DNA of 64,000 nucleotides from Anaeromyxobacteraceae bacterium (lineage in GTDB: Bacteria > Myxococcota > Myxococcia > Myxococcales > Anaeromyxobacteraceae). Made by a program: the position numbers and the translations under genes. How positions within the stretch are numbered: position 1 is the stretch's first letter; every line of letters starts with the position of its first letter. The DNA is taken from positions 2,752,001 through 2,816,000 of the forward strand of contig JASGHJ010000002.1 of the NCBI GenBank assembly GCA_047602405.1, written 5' to 3'. Positions 1 to 10,738 of this stretch are shown piece after piece. The notes under the pieces were generated by a model. The model was not told the DNA's origin. It did not search any database and saw nothing but the letters and a program-made list of their open reading frames with translations.

Positions 1-2103
1 GGCTGGCCGCGTTCATCGACGACGCGCTGCTCGGCACCGAGGACGCGTTCCGGCTCCAGTACGCGTCCGGCGAGCTCACCGAGGACAAGGCCGCGGACCT
101 CAAGGCCCGGCTCGCGCCGGTGGTGGTCCGCACGCTGCGCCGCCAGGTGCGGGAGTACGTGAAGTACACCGCGCGCCGCTCGTGCGTGGAGGACTTCGCC
201 CCCTCCGCCGAGGAGCAGGCGCTCTACGACCGCGTCTCCGACTACCTCCGCCGCGACGACACCTACGGCATCCCGCTCGCCCGCCGGGCCCTGTTCCTCC
301 TCGTCTACCGGAAGATCCTCGCCTCCTCGACGTACGCCCTCGCCGCGACCCTCGAGCGGCTCGCCGACTCGGTCGACATGAAGCTCGCGGGCGCCGAGGC
401 GGAGGCCGACGCGGACCTCCTCCTCGACCTGCACGGCTTCGAGGACGAGGCCGAGGAGCTGATGGACGAGGCGAGCGCGCTGCCCGCCCGCCCGAAGGGC
501 CCGCAGGCCGTCCGGAAGATGAAGGACGAGCTGAAGGAGCTGCGCGAGTGCGCGCGGCTCGCCCGCTCCATCCAGGTGAACGCGAAGGGCGAGGCGCTCG
601 TGCGCGGCCTCGATCGCGCCTTCACGGTGGCGAAGGCGTGCGGCTGGCCGGAGAAGGCCGTCGTCTTCACCGAGTTCCGCCGCACGCAGGAGTACCTGAC
701 GAAGCTCCTCGAGAAGCGGGGCTACACCGTCACCTGCCTCTCGGGCGACGTCTCCGGCGCCGACAAGCGCCAGGCGCTCGTGAACGAGTTCCGCAACCGC
801 ACCCAGATCCTGCTGATGACCGAGGCGGGCGCGGAGGGGCTCAACCTCCAGTTCTGCAACCTCGTCGTCAACTACGACCTGCCCTGGAACCCGCAGCGCG
901 TCGAGCAGCGCATCGGCCGCTGCCACCGCTACGGGCAGGAGCGCGACGTCCTCGTCGTGAACTTCCTCAACCGGCGGAACGCCGCCGACGAGCGGCTCTA
1001 CACCCTGCTCTCCGAGAAGCTCGCGCTCTTCGACGGCGTCTTCGGCTCCTCCGACGAGGTCCTCGGCGCGCTCGGCAGCGGCATCGACTTCGAGAAGCGG
1101 ATCCTCGAGATCTACCAGGCGTGCCGGTCGGGCGACGAGATCGACCAGGCCTTCTCGAAGCTCCGCGCCGAGCTCGACGCCCGCATCTCGGCGCGCTTCG
1201 CGGCGGCCCGCACGCTGCCTCTTCGAGCGCTTCGACGGCGAGGTCCGCGGGCGCCTCCGGATCGCCGAGAAGGCCGCCAAGGAGGCCGTCGAGCGCCGCG
1301 AGGCCGAGGAGGACGCGCTCGTCGCGTCCGTGCTCGAGGGCGAGGAGAACCCGACCGGCAACGAGCCCGCCGCGCGCCGCGGCCGCGCGAAGAAGGTCCG
1401 GGAGGCCGCCGAGAAGGTGAAGGCCCGCCCGCAGGACGCGGTGTCCTTCCTCGAGCTGCCCGCGGCGAGCCTGCCCGCGAAGCTCGGCCGCCTCGCCGGG
1501 CGCGAGGGCTGGTGGTTCGTCTACAAGTGCGGCTTCGACGCGCTCGTCGCCGAGGAGCGGGTCGTCCACCTCGTGCTGTGGTGCGACGGCGAGCGGTGGA
1601 CCGCGCTCTCGTCCGAGGACGCCGAGGCCTTCGCGGCGCTGCCCGCCGCCGACCTGTCCGGCGACCGCAAGGGGCCGCGCCCGGTGCCCTCGGCGCTCGT
1701 GCCGGTCGGCCCGGCGCAGGAGGAGGCCCTCGCGGCCGCCCTCGCCCGCATCGCCGGCGAGGTGGCCGAGCGCTCCGGCACGGCCTTCGACGCCTCCCGG
1801 GAGCGCTGGGACCGGTCCGCCGAGGACGCCCTCGCCGCACCGCGCAAGGCGGTCGAGGACGCGCGCACGGCCTGGGTCCGGGCGCGCGCCGCCCGCGAGG
1901 AGGCCTCCGACCTCCCGCTCAAGGACCGCCGGGCGCTGCTCGAGCGGGCCGAGCGCGAGTACCGCAAGAAGCTCGACGACCTCAGGGCCACCGAGGCCCA
2001 GCGCTACGCCGAGAAGGACCGGGCCCTCGCGGAGCTCCGCCGCCGCGCCGAGCCGAAGGAGCGGCGGAGCCTGGTCGCGACGGCCTACTGGCGTTGTGGT
2101 TAG
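1..2103 (+). CDS. SNF2-family helicase (RapA/DrmD-like), C-terminal part; 5' truncated by window; +1 frameshift at ~1218
   Basis: Helicase_C motifs VVFTEFRRTQ, TEAGAEGLNLQ, YDLPWNPQRVEQRIGRCHRYGQ. Removing one C at 1218/1219 joins RTL to LFERFDGEVRGRL and into the 1330..2103 coiled-coil frame. Confidence 0.85.
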
Positions 2104-2934
2104 ATGGCGCCGATGGCCCTCCGCCACGCGCGCTATCGCCTGCTCGCCGTCTCCGCCGCGCTCGTCGCGCTCGTCCCGCTGCCGGTCGCCTGGGCGATCC
2201 GGGATCCCGGCCAGCTCGCCGGCGCCTACTTCGGCTGGGGGCTCGCGCTCTGGATCGTCGCCGCGGGCGGGGCGGTCGTCGCCGCGACCACCTTCCGCGC
2301 GGGCGAGCCGCAGCGGCCGGGCTGGTTGCTCCTCGGCGGCGCGTACCTCGCCTTCGCCGCGATCGTCCTGTTCGTCGGGCCCCGGACCGCCCACCTGCTC
2401 CCCCCCGACCCCGCCGGCTCGCCCTGGGCGATCTTCGTCTCGAACGTGCTCTGGAGCGCCCTCTCCGTCGCGGGGTACGTCGTGCTGTCCCGCGCGTGGC
2501 GCGGGTCGGGCCTCGACCCCACGAGCCCCGCCGAGCACGTCGTCTCGCGCGTCATCGCCTTCGGCATCGCGGCCTTCCTCGCCGGCCCCGACCTCGTCGA
2601 CCGCTTCCCGGTCGCGCTGCAGGGCGACCCGGTGGCGATCGCCGACTGCCTCACCGACGTCCTCGACGGTGCGCTCTTCTTCGTGGCGGTGCCGGTGCTG
2701 CAGGCGGCGCGGGCCCTCGGCGGCGGCATCGTGGCCTGGCCCTGGCTGTTCCTCACCGCGAGCGTCGCCGGCTGGCTCGGCTACGACGCCATCGCGGTCT
2801 ACGGCGAGGCGGTCGGCCTCGGCGCCCGGGGCATCCGCGTGGGCGAGGAGGTCATGCGGACCCTCGGCGGCGTGTGCACCCTCACCGCCGGCATGGCCCA
2901 GCGGTGGGTCATGACGGACGCCCTCGAGCGCTGA
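2104..2934 (+). CDS. Polytopic membrane protein, hypothetical
   Basis: 276 aa with about 7-8 hydrophobic segments, host-like codon usage, starts immediately after the helicase stop. Confidence 0.7.
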   Translation: MAPMALRHARYRLLAVSAALVALVPLPVAWAIRDPGQLAGAYFGWGLALWIVAAGGAVVAATTFRAGEPQRPGWLLLGGAYLAFAAIVLFVGPRTAHLLPPDPAGSPWAIFVSNVLWSALSVAGYVVLSRAWRGSGLDPTSPAEHVVSRVIAFGIAAFLAGPDLVDRFPVALQGDPVAIADCLTDVLDGALFFVAVPVLQAARALGGGIVAWPWLFLTASVAGWLGYDAIAVYGEAVGLGARGIRVGEEVMRTLGGVCTLTAGMAQRWVMTDALER

Positions 2935-3011
2935 CCGGGCGGCCGCTCCCTCCTTCGCGGAGGCGCGGTCGCGAGCTTGCGAGGTGCGCGGGCGCGTGGG
3001 AGCTTTCGCCC

Positions 3012-4020
3012 ATGAGCCCGCTCCCCCTCCCCGCCCCTCGACGTCGCCGACGTGATCAACGTGACCGCGCCCACGGGCCGGCGGATCCTGGACGTCGGCT
3101 GCGGAGACGGCGAGGTCGGCGCCGCGCTCCTCCAGGCGGGCGCCGCCGAGGTGGTGGGCCTCGACGCCTGCGCGCGCGGCCTCACCCGCTCGCGGCTGAC
3201 CGCGACCTTCCGGCTCGCGGCCGACGCCGCGCCGGAGCTGCCCTACCCCGACGGCTACTTCGACGTCGTGCTCGTCGAGGACTTCTCGGCGCTCCAGGTG
3301 CCGAACGCCACCCTGCGCCACCTGCGCCGCTGGCTCGCGGACGACGGCCGGCTGGTCGTCGTCGCACCGAACGCGACCCATGAGGCCGCGCTCGTGACGC
3401 TGCTCGGCAGCGGCCACTGGCCCACCGGCGCCGGCCTGCGCCCCTCGACGGTGGGCGCGATGCTCGACAGCCTCGCCGACGTGGGCTTCGCCGCGGAGGA
3501 CGAGGTGGTCCTCGCCCGCACCCAGCCCGGTCCCGCCGCGCCGCTCCTGAAGCAGTTCGCCGAGGCGCTCGGCGCCGATCCGGCCCGCATGGAGGACGGC
3601 CTCACGCTCGTGCGGGCCATCGTGGGCGCCCGCCCGACCGCGGCGCGCGGCGTGCGCGCCGAGCCGATCCCGGATCCCTGGCGCGGCTCCCGGCCGGTGA
3701 AGGTGCTCGTCGCCCCGGACCTCGAGGACGGCGGGGGCTGGGTGGACGCCGTCGGCGCGCTCGCCCAGGGGCTGTCGGGCAACGCCGGCGTGACCCTCGC
3801 GGTCGCCCTGCCCGGCCCGCTCCTCTCGAGCCCGCCCGCGGCGCTGCAGGCGGTCTCCGAGGCGGCCGACGTCGACATGGTCCTCATCGAGGCGCCCGCG
3901 GACGACACCGGCTGGGCGCGGCTGCTCGCCGGCGCGAGCACCTGGGTCGTGACCACGCCCGACCCCACGCTCGTCGCGCTGGCCCGCCAGGTCGGGCTGG
4001 ACCTTCAGCTGCCGGAGTGA
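3012..4020 (+). CDS. Class I SAM-dependent methyltransferase with C-terminal extension (probable +1 homopolymer error at 3023-3027)
   Basis: Motif I ILDVGCGDG, LPYPDGYFDVV. GGGAG RBS before ATG 3012; deleting one C of the C5 run puts this ATG in frame with ORF 3052..4020. Confidence 0.8.
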
Positions 4021-5003
4021 CCATGACCGCCTCGAAGGTGTTCGTCCTGCCCTCCGGAGTGAAGCTGATCGCCGCCGTCGAGGCGGAGGACGCCTCGGGC
4101 TGGACGCTCTCCGCGCCCATGGAGCTCGGCGCGGGCGACCACGAGGGGCTGACCCCGTTCCTCCCGCACGCCCTGGTCGACCGGTTCGTCCTCCGGCGCG
4201 AGCTCGTCCTCGCCGCGTACGAGCCCGGCCCGCCGCTGCGGGACCGTCACCTCGAGGCGGGCTGGAAGTTCTCGGCCACCGCCGGCGCCCGGCTCGCCGG
4301 CGCGGCCGCGGCGCCCGGGGCGGCGCCCTCCCCGCCGGTGCTCCCGCCGCCCGGGAAGAACCGCGCCGAGGGGGACGTCGACCGGCTGGTCCACGAGCAC
4401 TTCTTCGCGGGCCGCTCCTACCGCGGGGTCTTCGTGGACGTCGGCGCCGCCCGCCCCGACTTCCTCTCCGTCAGCGCGCTCTACCGCGGGCTCGGCTGGC
4501 GCGTGCTCGCGCTCGAGCCGAACCCGGAGTTCGCCGAGCTGCAGCGGAGGGCCGGGAGCGAGGTGCTGCAGTACGCCTGCGGCGCGCGGGACGAGGACGA
4601 CGTCGAGTTCACCCTCGTCAACCAGCACGGCCAGGCCTACGAGGGCGGCAAGGTGAGCTACGAGTCGTTCTCGTCGCTCGGCATCAAGCCGGAGTACGCC
4701 GCGCTCAAGTCCGACCTCGACAAGCGCCACATCCGCGTGAAGCTGCGCCGGCTCGACACCGTGCTGCGCCAGCACGCGCCCGAGGTGCGCGACCCCGACA
4801 TCCTGTCGGTGGACGTCGAGGGCTGGGAGATGGAGGTCCTCGACGGCCTCGACCTCGCCCGGAACCGGCCCCGGGTCATGGTGATCGAGAACCTGTTCAA
4901 GTCCCAGGCCTACGTCGACCGCCTGGCGCGCGACGGGTACGTGCTCTGGCGGCGCCTCGAGCCGAACGACGTCTACGTCGACCGCGCGCTCGTCGGGGCC
5001 TGA
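4017..5003 (+). CDS. FkbM-family methyltransferase with N-terminal extension
   Basis: VFVDVGA, LALEPNP, RRLDTVL, DILSVDVEGWEMEVLDGLD, RPRVMVIEN; GTGA overlap with upstream gene. Confidence 0.85.
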   Translation: MTMTASKVFVLPSGVKLIAAVEAEDASGWTLSAPMELGAGDHEGLTPFLPHALVDRFVLRRELVLAAYEPGPPLRDRHLEAGWKFSATAGARLAGAAAAPGAAPSPPVLPPPGKNRAEGDVDRLVHEHFFAGRSYRGVFVDVGAARPDFLSVSALYRGLGWRVLALEPNPEFAELQRRAGSEVLQYACGARDEDDVEFTLVNQHGQAYEGGKVSYESFSSLGIKPEYAALKSDLDKRHIRVKLRRLDTVLRQHAPEVRDPDILSVDVEGWEMEVLDGLDLARNRPRVMVIENLFKSQAYVDRLARDGYVLWRRLEPNDVYVDRALVGA

Positions 5004-5013
5004 GCGGGGCGGG

Positions 5014-6936
5014 CTACACGAGCTCGATGCCGCCGCGCGCGAGCTTCTCGTGCTCGGCGTCGGCCGGGCTGCGGAACTCGGCCTGGTTGACCGGATCGGA
5101 GAGGTACCGCCCGACGATGATGGGCATGCGGCGGAGCTTCTTCCCGGTCTTCTCGAGCAGCATCCACCAGACCGCGTCGGCGATGACGCGGATCGGGGTG
5201 CGGTCGCCGAACTGCCACGGGTAGCGGGCGATCTGACCGTGCAGGGCCGTCCGCCAGGCGCAGGCGGGCCCGAAGGTGCCCGGCGTGCGCGTGCCGCTGC
5301 CGAGCCGCGCCTTCCTGCCCGGGCGCGGCGGCCACTCGGTGACCATCGGCAGGGCGTCGGCGGGCGCGCACGGCTCCGGCGTGTCGGCCTCCTCCTGCGT
5401 GAAGCAGATCCGCCAGTCGCCGCCGACGAGGTCGGCGCCGGCATCGAGGGCGTGCTGGTACAGGTCGACGGCCTCGGGGTTGAGCCGGTCGTCGAGGTTC
5501 AGGTTCATGACGAACTCGGTGCGCACGAGCGGCAGCGCCACGTTCCAGGCCTCGTAGAGGCCGAGCGGCTCGCGCGACACCACCACCTTGCCCTTCAGCC
5601 AGTCGGGCGGCGTGTCGTTGCCGTCGAACACGTAGACGCGCTCCACCGGCACGAGCTGGGCGTCGAGGCACGCCTGGTGCCCGCGGAGCCGCTCGAGGCG
5701 CTTCGGATCCTGGTGCCACACGGCGCAGAAGACGGTCGTCCGGGCCACGGTCTTTCCTCCGGGGGCCGCGGCGCCGGGGGCGCCCGCGGGGTGGGTGCTG
5801 AGCGCCACGCGCGGCGAGAGCGCCTGCGCGCGGGAGAGGTCGAGGCGGGGGTGCCGGGCCTGCACGTGCAGGCGCGGCCGCGCCGACGGCCCGGCGAGCG
5901 CCGCGCGCACCGCGGCGGTCACCACCGCGGGCTCGAGGTCCTCGAGGCAGTGGTGCCGCGGGTGGGGGCAGGCCTGCGCGCAGCCGTAGCAGTCGAGCGG
6001 CAGCGCCGCGACGCTGGTGAGCGGGCTCGTGAGGAGGAACCGGCCGAAGAACGCGCCGCCCTGCGCGACCACGTGGGGCACGCCCACCGCGGCGGCGAGC
6101 TGGGCGAGCCCGGACTCCACGCCGACCGCGAGGCGGGCGCGGCGCATGAGCGCCGCGGTCAGGAGGATCGGCTGGCCCTCGCAGAGGTTCACGCCCCGGC
6201 CACCCGCGTCGCGCAGCACCGCGTCCCCGAGCGGCCGCTCGTCCCCGGTGCCGAGGGCGAGGAGCGGCACGCCCTCGGCCGCGAGCGGGCGGAGCGCCTC
6301 GCCGAGGCGCGGGTAGCGCCGGCTGGCGGCGGTCGTGCCCGGGAAGACCGCGATGGCCTCGCCCGCGCGGAGCCCCAGGCGCGCGAGGATCGCGTCCGCC
6401 TCGGCCTCGGCCGCGGGCGGGAGCCAGAGCGTGGGCTCGAGGCGGTCCACCTCGCAGCCGAGCGCGCGGAGGAACGCGGCGTGGCGGTCCACCTCGGGCC
6501 GGTCCGGCGGCGCGGGCGGGAGGAGGCGCGTGTAGACGCGGTCGAGGCGCGCGTGCTCCTCGGCCGTCATGTTGGTCGTGTCGCCGCCGAACCCGATCAC
6601 CTCGGCCGCGCCCGAGGCGTGGGCGAGGAGGTCGCCGAGCGGCTCCCGCGAGTGCACGGCGTGCAGGCACAGGTCGGCGCCGGCGGCGGCCACCCGCGCG
6701 AGCAGCGCCGCGCGGTAGGCCTCGTCGGCGAGCGCGGGCCCGCGCCGGAAGGCCACCACGGCGGAGACGTGCGGGCACGCCTCGTAGACCGGCGCGACCA
6801 CCTCCTGGCACACCACCGTGACCCGCGCGCCGGGGTACCGCCGGGCCACGTGCGGGAGCATCGGGAGCGCGATGAGGTTGTCCCCGACCGCGTCGGGGCG
6901 GAGCCAGAGGACGTGGCGGGGCGTTCCTTCGGGCAC
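5014..6936 (-). CDS. Glycosyltransferase family 9 (heptosyltransferase-like) fused in frame to a GT2-like domain
   Basis: LRPDAVGDNLIALP, FPGTTAASRRYP, GVESGLAQLAAAVGVP (GT9). C-terminal LYEAWNVALPLVRTEFVMNLNLDDRL (GT-A). GTG 6936 with GGAG RBS. Confidence 0.8.
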   Translation of the reverse strand: MPEGTPRHVLWLRPDAVGDNLIALPMLPHVARRYPGARVTVVCQEVVAPVYEACPHVSAVVAFRRGPALADEAYRAALLARVAAAGADLCLHAVHSREPLGDLLAHASGAAEVIGFGGDTTNMTAEEHARLDRVYTRLLPPAPPDRPEVDRHAAFLRALGCEVDRLEPTLWLPPAAEAEADAILARLGLRAGEAIAVFPGTTAASRRYPRLGEALRPLAAEGVPLLALGTGDERPLGDAVLRDAGGRGVNLCEGQPILLTAALMRRARLAVGVESGLAQLAAAVGVPHVVAQGGAFFGRFLLTSPLTSVAALPLDCYGCAQACPHPRHHCLEDLEPAVVTAAVRAALAGPSARPRLHVQARHPRLDLSRAQALSPRVALSTHPAGAPGAAAPGGKTVARTTVFCAVWHQDPKRLERLRGHQACLDAQLVPVERVYVFDGNDTPPDWLKGKVVVSREPLGLYEAWNVALPLVRTEFVMNLNLDDRLNPEAVDLYQHALDAGADLVGGDWRICFTQEEADTPEPCAPADALPMVTEWPPRPGRKARLGSGTRTPGTFGPACAWRTALHGQIARYPWQFGDRTPIRVIADAVWWMLLEKTGKKLRRMPIIVGRYLSDPVNQAEFRSPADAEHEKLARGGIELV

Positions 6937-6947
6937 GGGCTCGGCTC

Positions 6948-9746
6948 CTACCGCTGCGGCCCCATGACGTAGCCGCTCGAGCGGTTCACGCGGAGCCGCT
7001 TCGCCTGGGGCGCCGCCAGCGGGGCGACCGCGGCGCCGCCGTCCTTCCGCACGACGAACGAGGCGAACATGTACGGGATCCCCGCGTAGGCGAAGTCCGG
7101 TGGGCCGTGCCGCCACGCGGGGACGTCGGCGAGGCGGCAGCCGGGCATCCGCGCGAGGAGCCGCTCGCCGAGATCGCGGGAGGTGTAGAAGCGGAAGTCC
7201 TCCTGCGGGACGCGGTCGCCGGGGCGGTACGCGTCGTTGAAGTCGCAGGTGAGGACGGCGTACCCGCCGGGCGCGAGCAGGTCGGCGATCTGCGCCACGA
7301 ACAGCCCGTCGTCCTCGACGTGCTCGATGACCGAGGTCGAGAAGACCACGTCGTAGGATGCCTTGCGCGTCTCCGGGCGGCGCCAGAAGGCGTCGAGGTC
7401 CCAGTTCAGCGCCGGGTCGATCTCCTCCACCGCGTAGCCGCAGGCCTTCACGCCGGCCGAGGCGGTGTCCTCGAAGGCCCCCACGCAGAGCACCCGCGGC
7501 GCGCGGTGGGCGGCGAGGAGCCTGCGGACCGTGTCGAACACGAACGCCTGCTGCACGTTCGCGGCCGGGATCTTCCGCGCCATCATCGCGGGCGCGAGCC
7601 GGAAGAGCTCGTCGACGACCGGCGCGTAGTGCGCCCGCGCGCGGTCGTCGAGCACGCGGTTGAGGACGCCGACCGTGGGCGCCTCCCCGGCCACCGGCGG
7701 GGCCGCCGGCCCTCCCCGCCCCAGGCGCACCGTGCGCAGCCCGGCCGCGGGCGGCGCCGCCACGGCGGTGACGCTGGCCGCCGGCGCCGCGGCGCGGTGG
7801 GCGGGCCGGGCGGCCATGCGGTCCAGCACCTCCTCCACGCCCTTCACGAACGCGGGCTCCTGCCAGTCGAGCAGGCAGGGCACGAGCGGCGCGTACCCCG
7901 ACGCGAGGATGTCCCTGAGGCTGCGGTCCTCGACGCAGATCGACGGCGAGAGGTGGTGCACGTGCCGGAACATCCCGGCCTTCGACACCGCCACCGGCCG
8001 GCCCGCCGCGATGGCCTTCTCCACCACCGACGAGATCCCCGCGCGCTTGTGGACGTCGTACAGGAAGACGTTCATGTGGTTGGAGGCGAGGAAGTCCATG
8101 ACCTCCCGGCGGTCGGCGAAGACCTCGTTCGTGACGACGCGGATGCCCGGCTTCGTGGCCGCGGCCCGGCAGCGCTCGGCGAGGTCGGGCACGCCCGCCA
8201 CGATGGCGTTCGGGGGCATGTGGATGCGGACCTCGGCCTCGTCGAACTCCTGCTGCACCCGCTCGACCAGCCGGACGAAGCCCTTGTCCTCGAAGGGGAA
8301 GCCGAAGCTGCCGATGCGCAGGCGCTCCGGGACGAGCCTCTGGGTGTTGACGTAGGTGGGGACGAGCCGCGGGATGCGGAGCGCGACCGGGTTCCGCTCG
8401 ATCAGGGTCGGATCCGGGCAGAGGTGGAAGTCGAACAGGGCGTCGTCCGCCGCGTCCGCCGCCTCCTGCGTCACCTCGTGCATGATCCCCGCCTGCACGC
8501 CGGGCAGGCTGCGGGTGATCTTCGCGGTGAGCCACGGCATCGTGGCCGGGTAGTGGTTGTAGAGCACGATCGCGGGCTTCACCGCGCCCACCGCGCGGCG
8601 GAGCTCCGCCTCGCCCGAGCACTCGGCGTAGAAGGCCTCCCACCGCTCGGCGCGGAGGAGCGCGCGGGTGATGTCCTCGCCGTACTGGTGGATGCCGCAC
8701 TCCTTCTCGGGGTGGTTGACGACGAGGACCTTCCGCCGCTCCACCGCCGGCGGCGTGCGGAGCGCGACCGTGGACGACGGCGCCGGGAGGAGCGCGAACC
8801 GCGCCAGCACCTCCTCGAACCGCGCGGCGAAGCGCTCCGCCGCCCAGTCCTCGCCCATCCGCAGCACCTCCGGCGGCGACAGCGCGATGGCCTCCTTCAG
8901 GCTCCGGTACGGGTACGGCCGCAGGTACGGGTGGATGTGGCGGAACGTCGGGTTCGTCCCCACGGCGAGCGGCCGCCGGGAGGCGATGGCCTGGTCGGTG
9001 GTCGCCGACAGGCCCGGCTGGTCGCGGTTGTAGAGGAAGCAGTTGAGCGTGTTCTGGCTGCACCAGGCGATGAGCTCCTGGTCCTCCATGAACCGGTGCG
9101 TGATCTCGACCTCGACCCCCGGCTTCGCCACCGCCCGGGCGAGCTCGCCGAGGTGCTCCGGGTAGGAGCGGGCGTGGATGACCTGGGTGAAGGGATCGGC
9201 GTAGGTGCCGGGCGGGATGTTGATGCGGACCTTCGCGCGCTCGAACTCGCGGTTCACCGCCTCCACGACGAGCTCGAACCCCTTCCCCGGCGTGCCGAAG
9301 CCGAAGGAGCCGATGACCGGCACCTCGGGCTCGACGTACGGGGTGAGCGTCACGGCCGGCTCGACCGGCCGCGGGAACGGGATGACCTTCGGGTCGGGGT
9401 GCACGAGCGAAGGGTCGAGCGGCAGGTACGCGTCGAACCGGTCCTTCGGGCAGAGCACGTACGGGTCGCCGGGGTTCACCTCGAGCACGAAGGTGAACCG
9501 GGGCGCCTTGCCGAGGCGGGCGAGGCTCGAGAGGTCGAGCCAGCCCATCGTCACGTGGTGGTAGTTGAAGGCGTAGAAGTCGTAGCCGCCCGGGATGGCC
9601 GGGTCGGCCTCGTCGATCTCGCGCCACTCGAGGTCGTACCGGGGCGAGCGCCGGAGGCACTCGTACATCATCCGGCCGGACTCGTAGATGGAGCACTGCG
9701 CCTTCTTCGGGTTCACGAACAGGCCGCGCGGCTTGCGCTCGCTCAT
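6948..9746 (-). CDS. Multidomain protein: two tandem GT-B-like glycosyltransferase units plus C-terminal SAM methyltransferase
   Basis: Repeated IGSFGF..KGF and AIA..RP.AV units; C-terminal LCVGAFED, YDVVFSTSVIEHV, LAPGGYAVLTCD. Confidence 0.75.
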   Translation of the reverse strand: MSERKPRGLFVNPKKAQCSIYESGRMMYECLRRSPRYDLEWREIDEADPAIPGGYDFYAFNYHHVTMGWLDLSSLARLGKAPRFTFVLEVNPGDPYVLCPKDRFDAYLPLDPSLVHPDPKVIPFPRPVEPAVTLTPYVEPEVPVIGSFGFGTPGKGFELVVEAVNREFERAKVRINIPPGTYADPFTQVIHARSYPEHLGELARAVAKPGVEVEITHRFMEDQELIAWCSQNTLNCFLYNRDQPGLSATTDQAIASRRPLAVGTNPTFRHIHPYLRPYPYRSLKEAIALSPPEVLRMGEDWAAERFAARFEEVLARFALLPAPSSTVALRTPPAVERRKVLVVNHPEKECGIHQYGEDITRALLRAERWEAFYAECSGEAELRRAVGAVKPAIVLYNHYPATMPWLTAKITRSLPGVQAGIMHEVTQEAADAADDALFDFHLCPDPTLIERNPVALRIPRLVPTYVNTQRLVPERLRIGSFGFPFEDKGFVRLVERVQQEFDEAEVRIHMPPNAIVAGVPDLAERCRAAATKPGIRVVTNEVFADRREVMDFLASNHMNVFLYDVHKRAGISSVVEKAIAAGRPVAVSKAGMFRHVHHLSPSICVEDRSLRDILASGYAPLVPCLLDWQEPAFVKGVEEVLDRMAARPAHRAAAPAASVTAVAAPPAAGLRTVRLGRGGPAAPPVAGEAPTVGVLNRVLDDRARAHYAPVVDELFRLAPAMMARKIPAANVQQAFVFDTVRRLLAAHRAPRVLCVGAFEDTASAGVKACGYAVEEIDPALNWDLDAFWRRPETRKASYDVVFSTSVIEHVEDDGLFVAQIADLLAPGGYAVLTCDFNDAYRPGDRVPQEDFRFYTSRDLGERLLARMPGCRLADVPAWRHGPPDFAYAGIPYMFASFVVRKDGGAAVAPLAAPQAKRLRVNRSSGYVMGPQR

Positions 9747-10720
9747 CGCTCTCTCCTGCGGAGGGTCTCGAGGTCGTCGTCCACCATCTCGGCGACGAGC
9801 CGCTCGAACGGCACGTCGTCGCGCCAGCCGAGCAGCGCGGCGGCGCGGGCGGGGTCGCCGACCAGGCCCGGGCGCGGGGGCCGCGGGATGGCCGGGTCCA
9901 CGACGACGTGCCGCCGCCAGTCGAGCCCGACGTGGGCGAAGGCGGCGGCGGCGAAGTCGCGGACGGTGTGGGCGGCGCCGGTCGCGAGGACGAGGTCCTC
10001 CGGGGCGTCGCGGCGGATCATGAGCGGCATGGCCCGGGCGAAGCTCCGGGCGTGGCCCCAGTCGCGGCGGGCGTCGAGGTCGCCGAGCGCGACCTCGCGG
10101 GCGAGGCCGAGCGCGACCCGGGCGGCGCCCGCGGAGATGGCCCGGGTCACGTACCCGGGCCCGCGGCGGGCGCTCTCGTGGTTGAAGAGGATCCCCGCGG
10201 CGGCGCGGAGGCCGCGCTCGCGGTAGTGGCGCACGATCCCCACCCCGGCCGCCTTCGCGATGGCGTACACGGAGCGCGGGTCGAGCGGGGTCCGCTCGTC
10301 GCAGGGCGAGGGCGCGTCGGGGGCGAACAGCTCGCTCGAGGCGGCGAAGAAGAAGCCCGCCCGGGGGCGGGCGGCGTGGAGCGCCGAGGCGAGCGCGTGG
10401 GTGGTGCCGATGGCGCCCTCGAGGAGCGCCTCCCCGGCGGCGACCGAGTCGACGGGCTTGCGGGTCCCGGTGAGGTGGTAGAGCTCGTCGGGCGCGACCG
10501 CGGCGACGAGCGCGCGCACCGCGGCGCGGTCCTCGAGCTCCACCGGGTGGAGCACGAGGCGCGGGTCACCGCGGTGCCGCGCGAGGCGCGGGTGCGCCCC
10601 GGCGTCGGCCGGGGTCCCGCGGCGGACGGTGCCGTGGACCTCGACGCCCTCCTCGAGGAGGAGGTCGGCGAGGAACGAGCCGTCCTGGCCCGCGAGGCCG
10701 GTGACGAGCGCGCGCGGCAT
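9743..10720 (-). CDS. GDP-mannose 4,6-dehydratase / Rmd-like extended SDR
   Basis: ALVTGLAGQDGSFLA, AASSELF, YAIAK, ILFNHESARRG, LGDLDARRDWGHA. Confidence 0.85.
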   Translation of the reverse strand: MPRALVTGLAGQDGSFLADLLLEEGVEVHGTVRRGTPADAGAHPRLARHRGDPRLVLHPVELEDRAAVRALVAAVAPDELYHLTGTRKPVDSVAAGEALLEGAIGTTHALASALHAARPRAGFFFAASSELFAPDAPSPCDERTPLDPRSVYAIAKAAGVGIVRHYRERGLRAAAGILFNHESARRGPGYVTRAISAGAARVALGLAREVALGDLDARRDWGHARSFARAMPLMIRRDAPEDLVLATGAAHTVRDFAAAAFAHVGLDWRRHVVVDPAIPRPPRPGLVGDPARAAALLGWRDDVPFERLVAEMVDDDLETLRRRER

Positions 10721-10738
10721 CCCCCGAGCCCCGGCGCC

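Noticed and set aside
120..3383. 1087-aa ORF as a single protein
   Set aside because: After ~1218 it is Arg/Pro/Gly-rich off-frame sequence overlapping three real coding regions.
5014..9696. 1560-aa ORF and the many other long overlapping or antisense ORFs in the track
   Set aside because: Shadow frames typical of high-GC DNA; only 5014-6936 is protein-like here.
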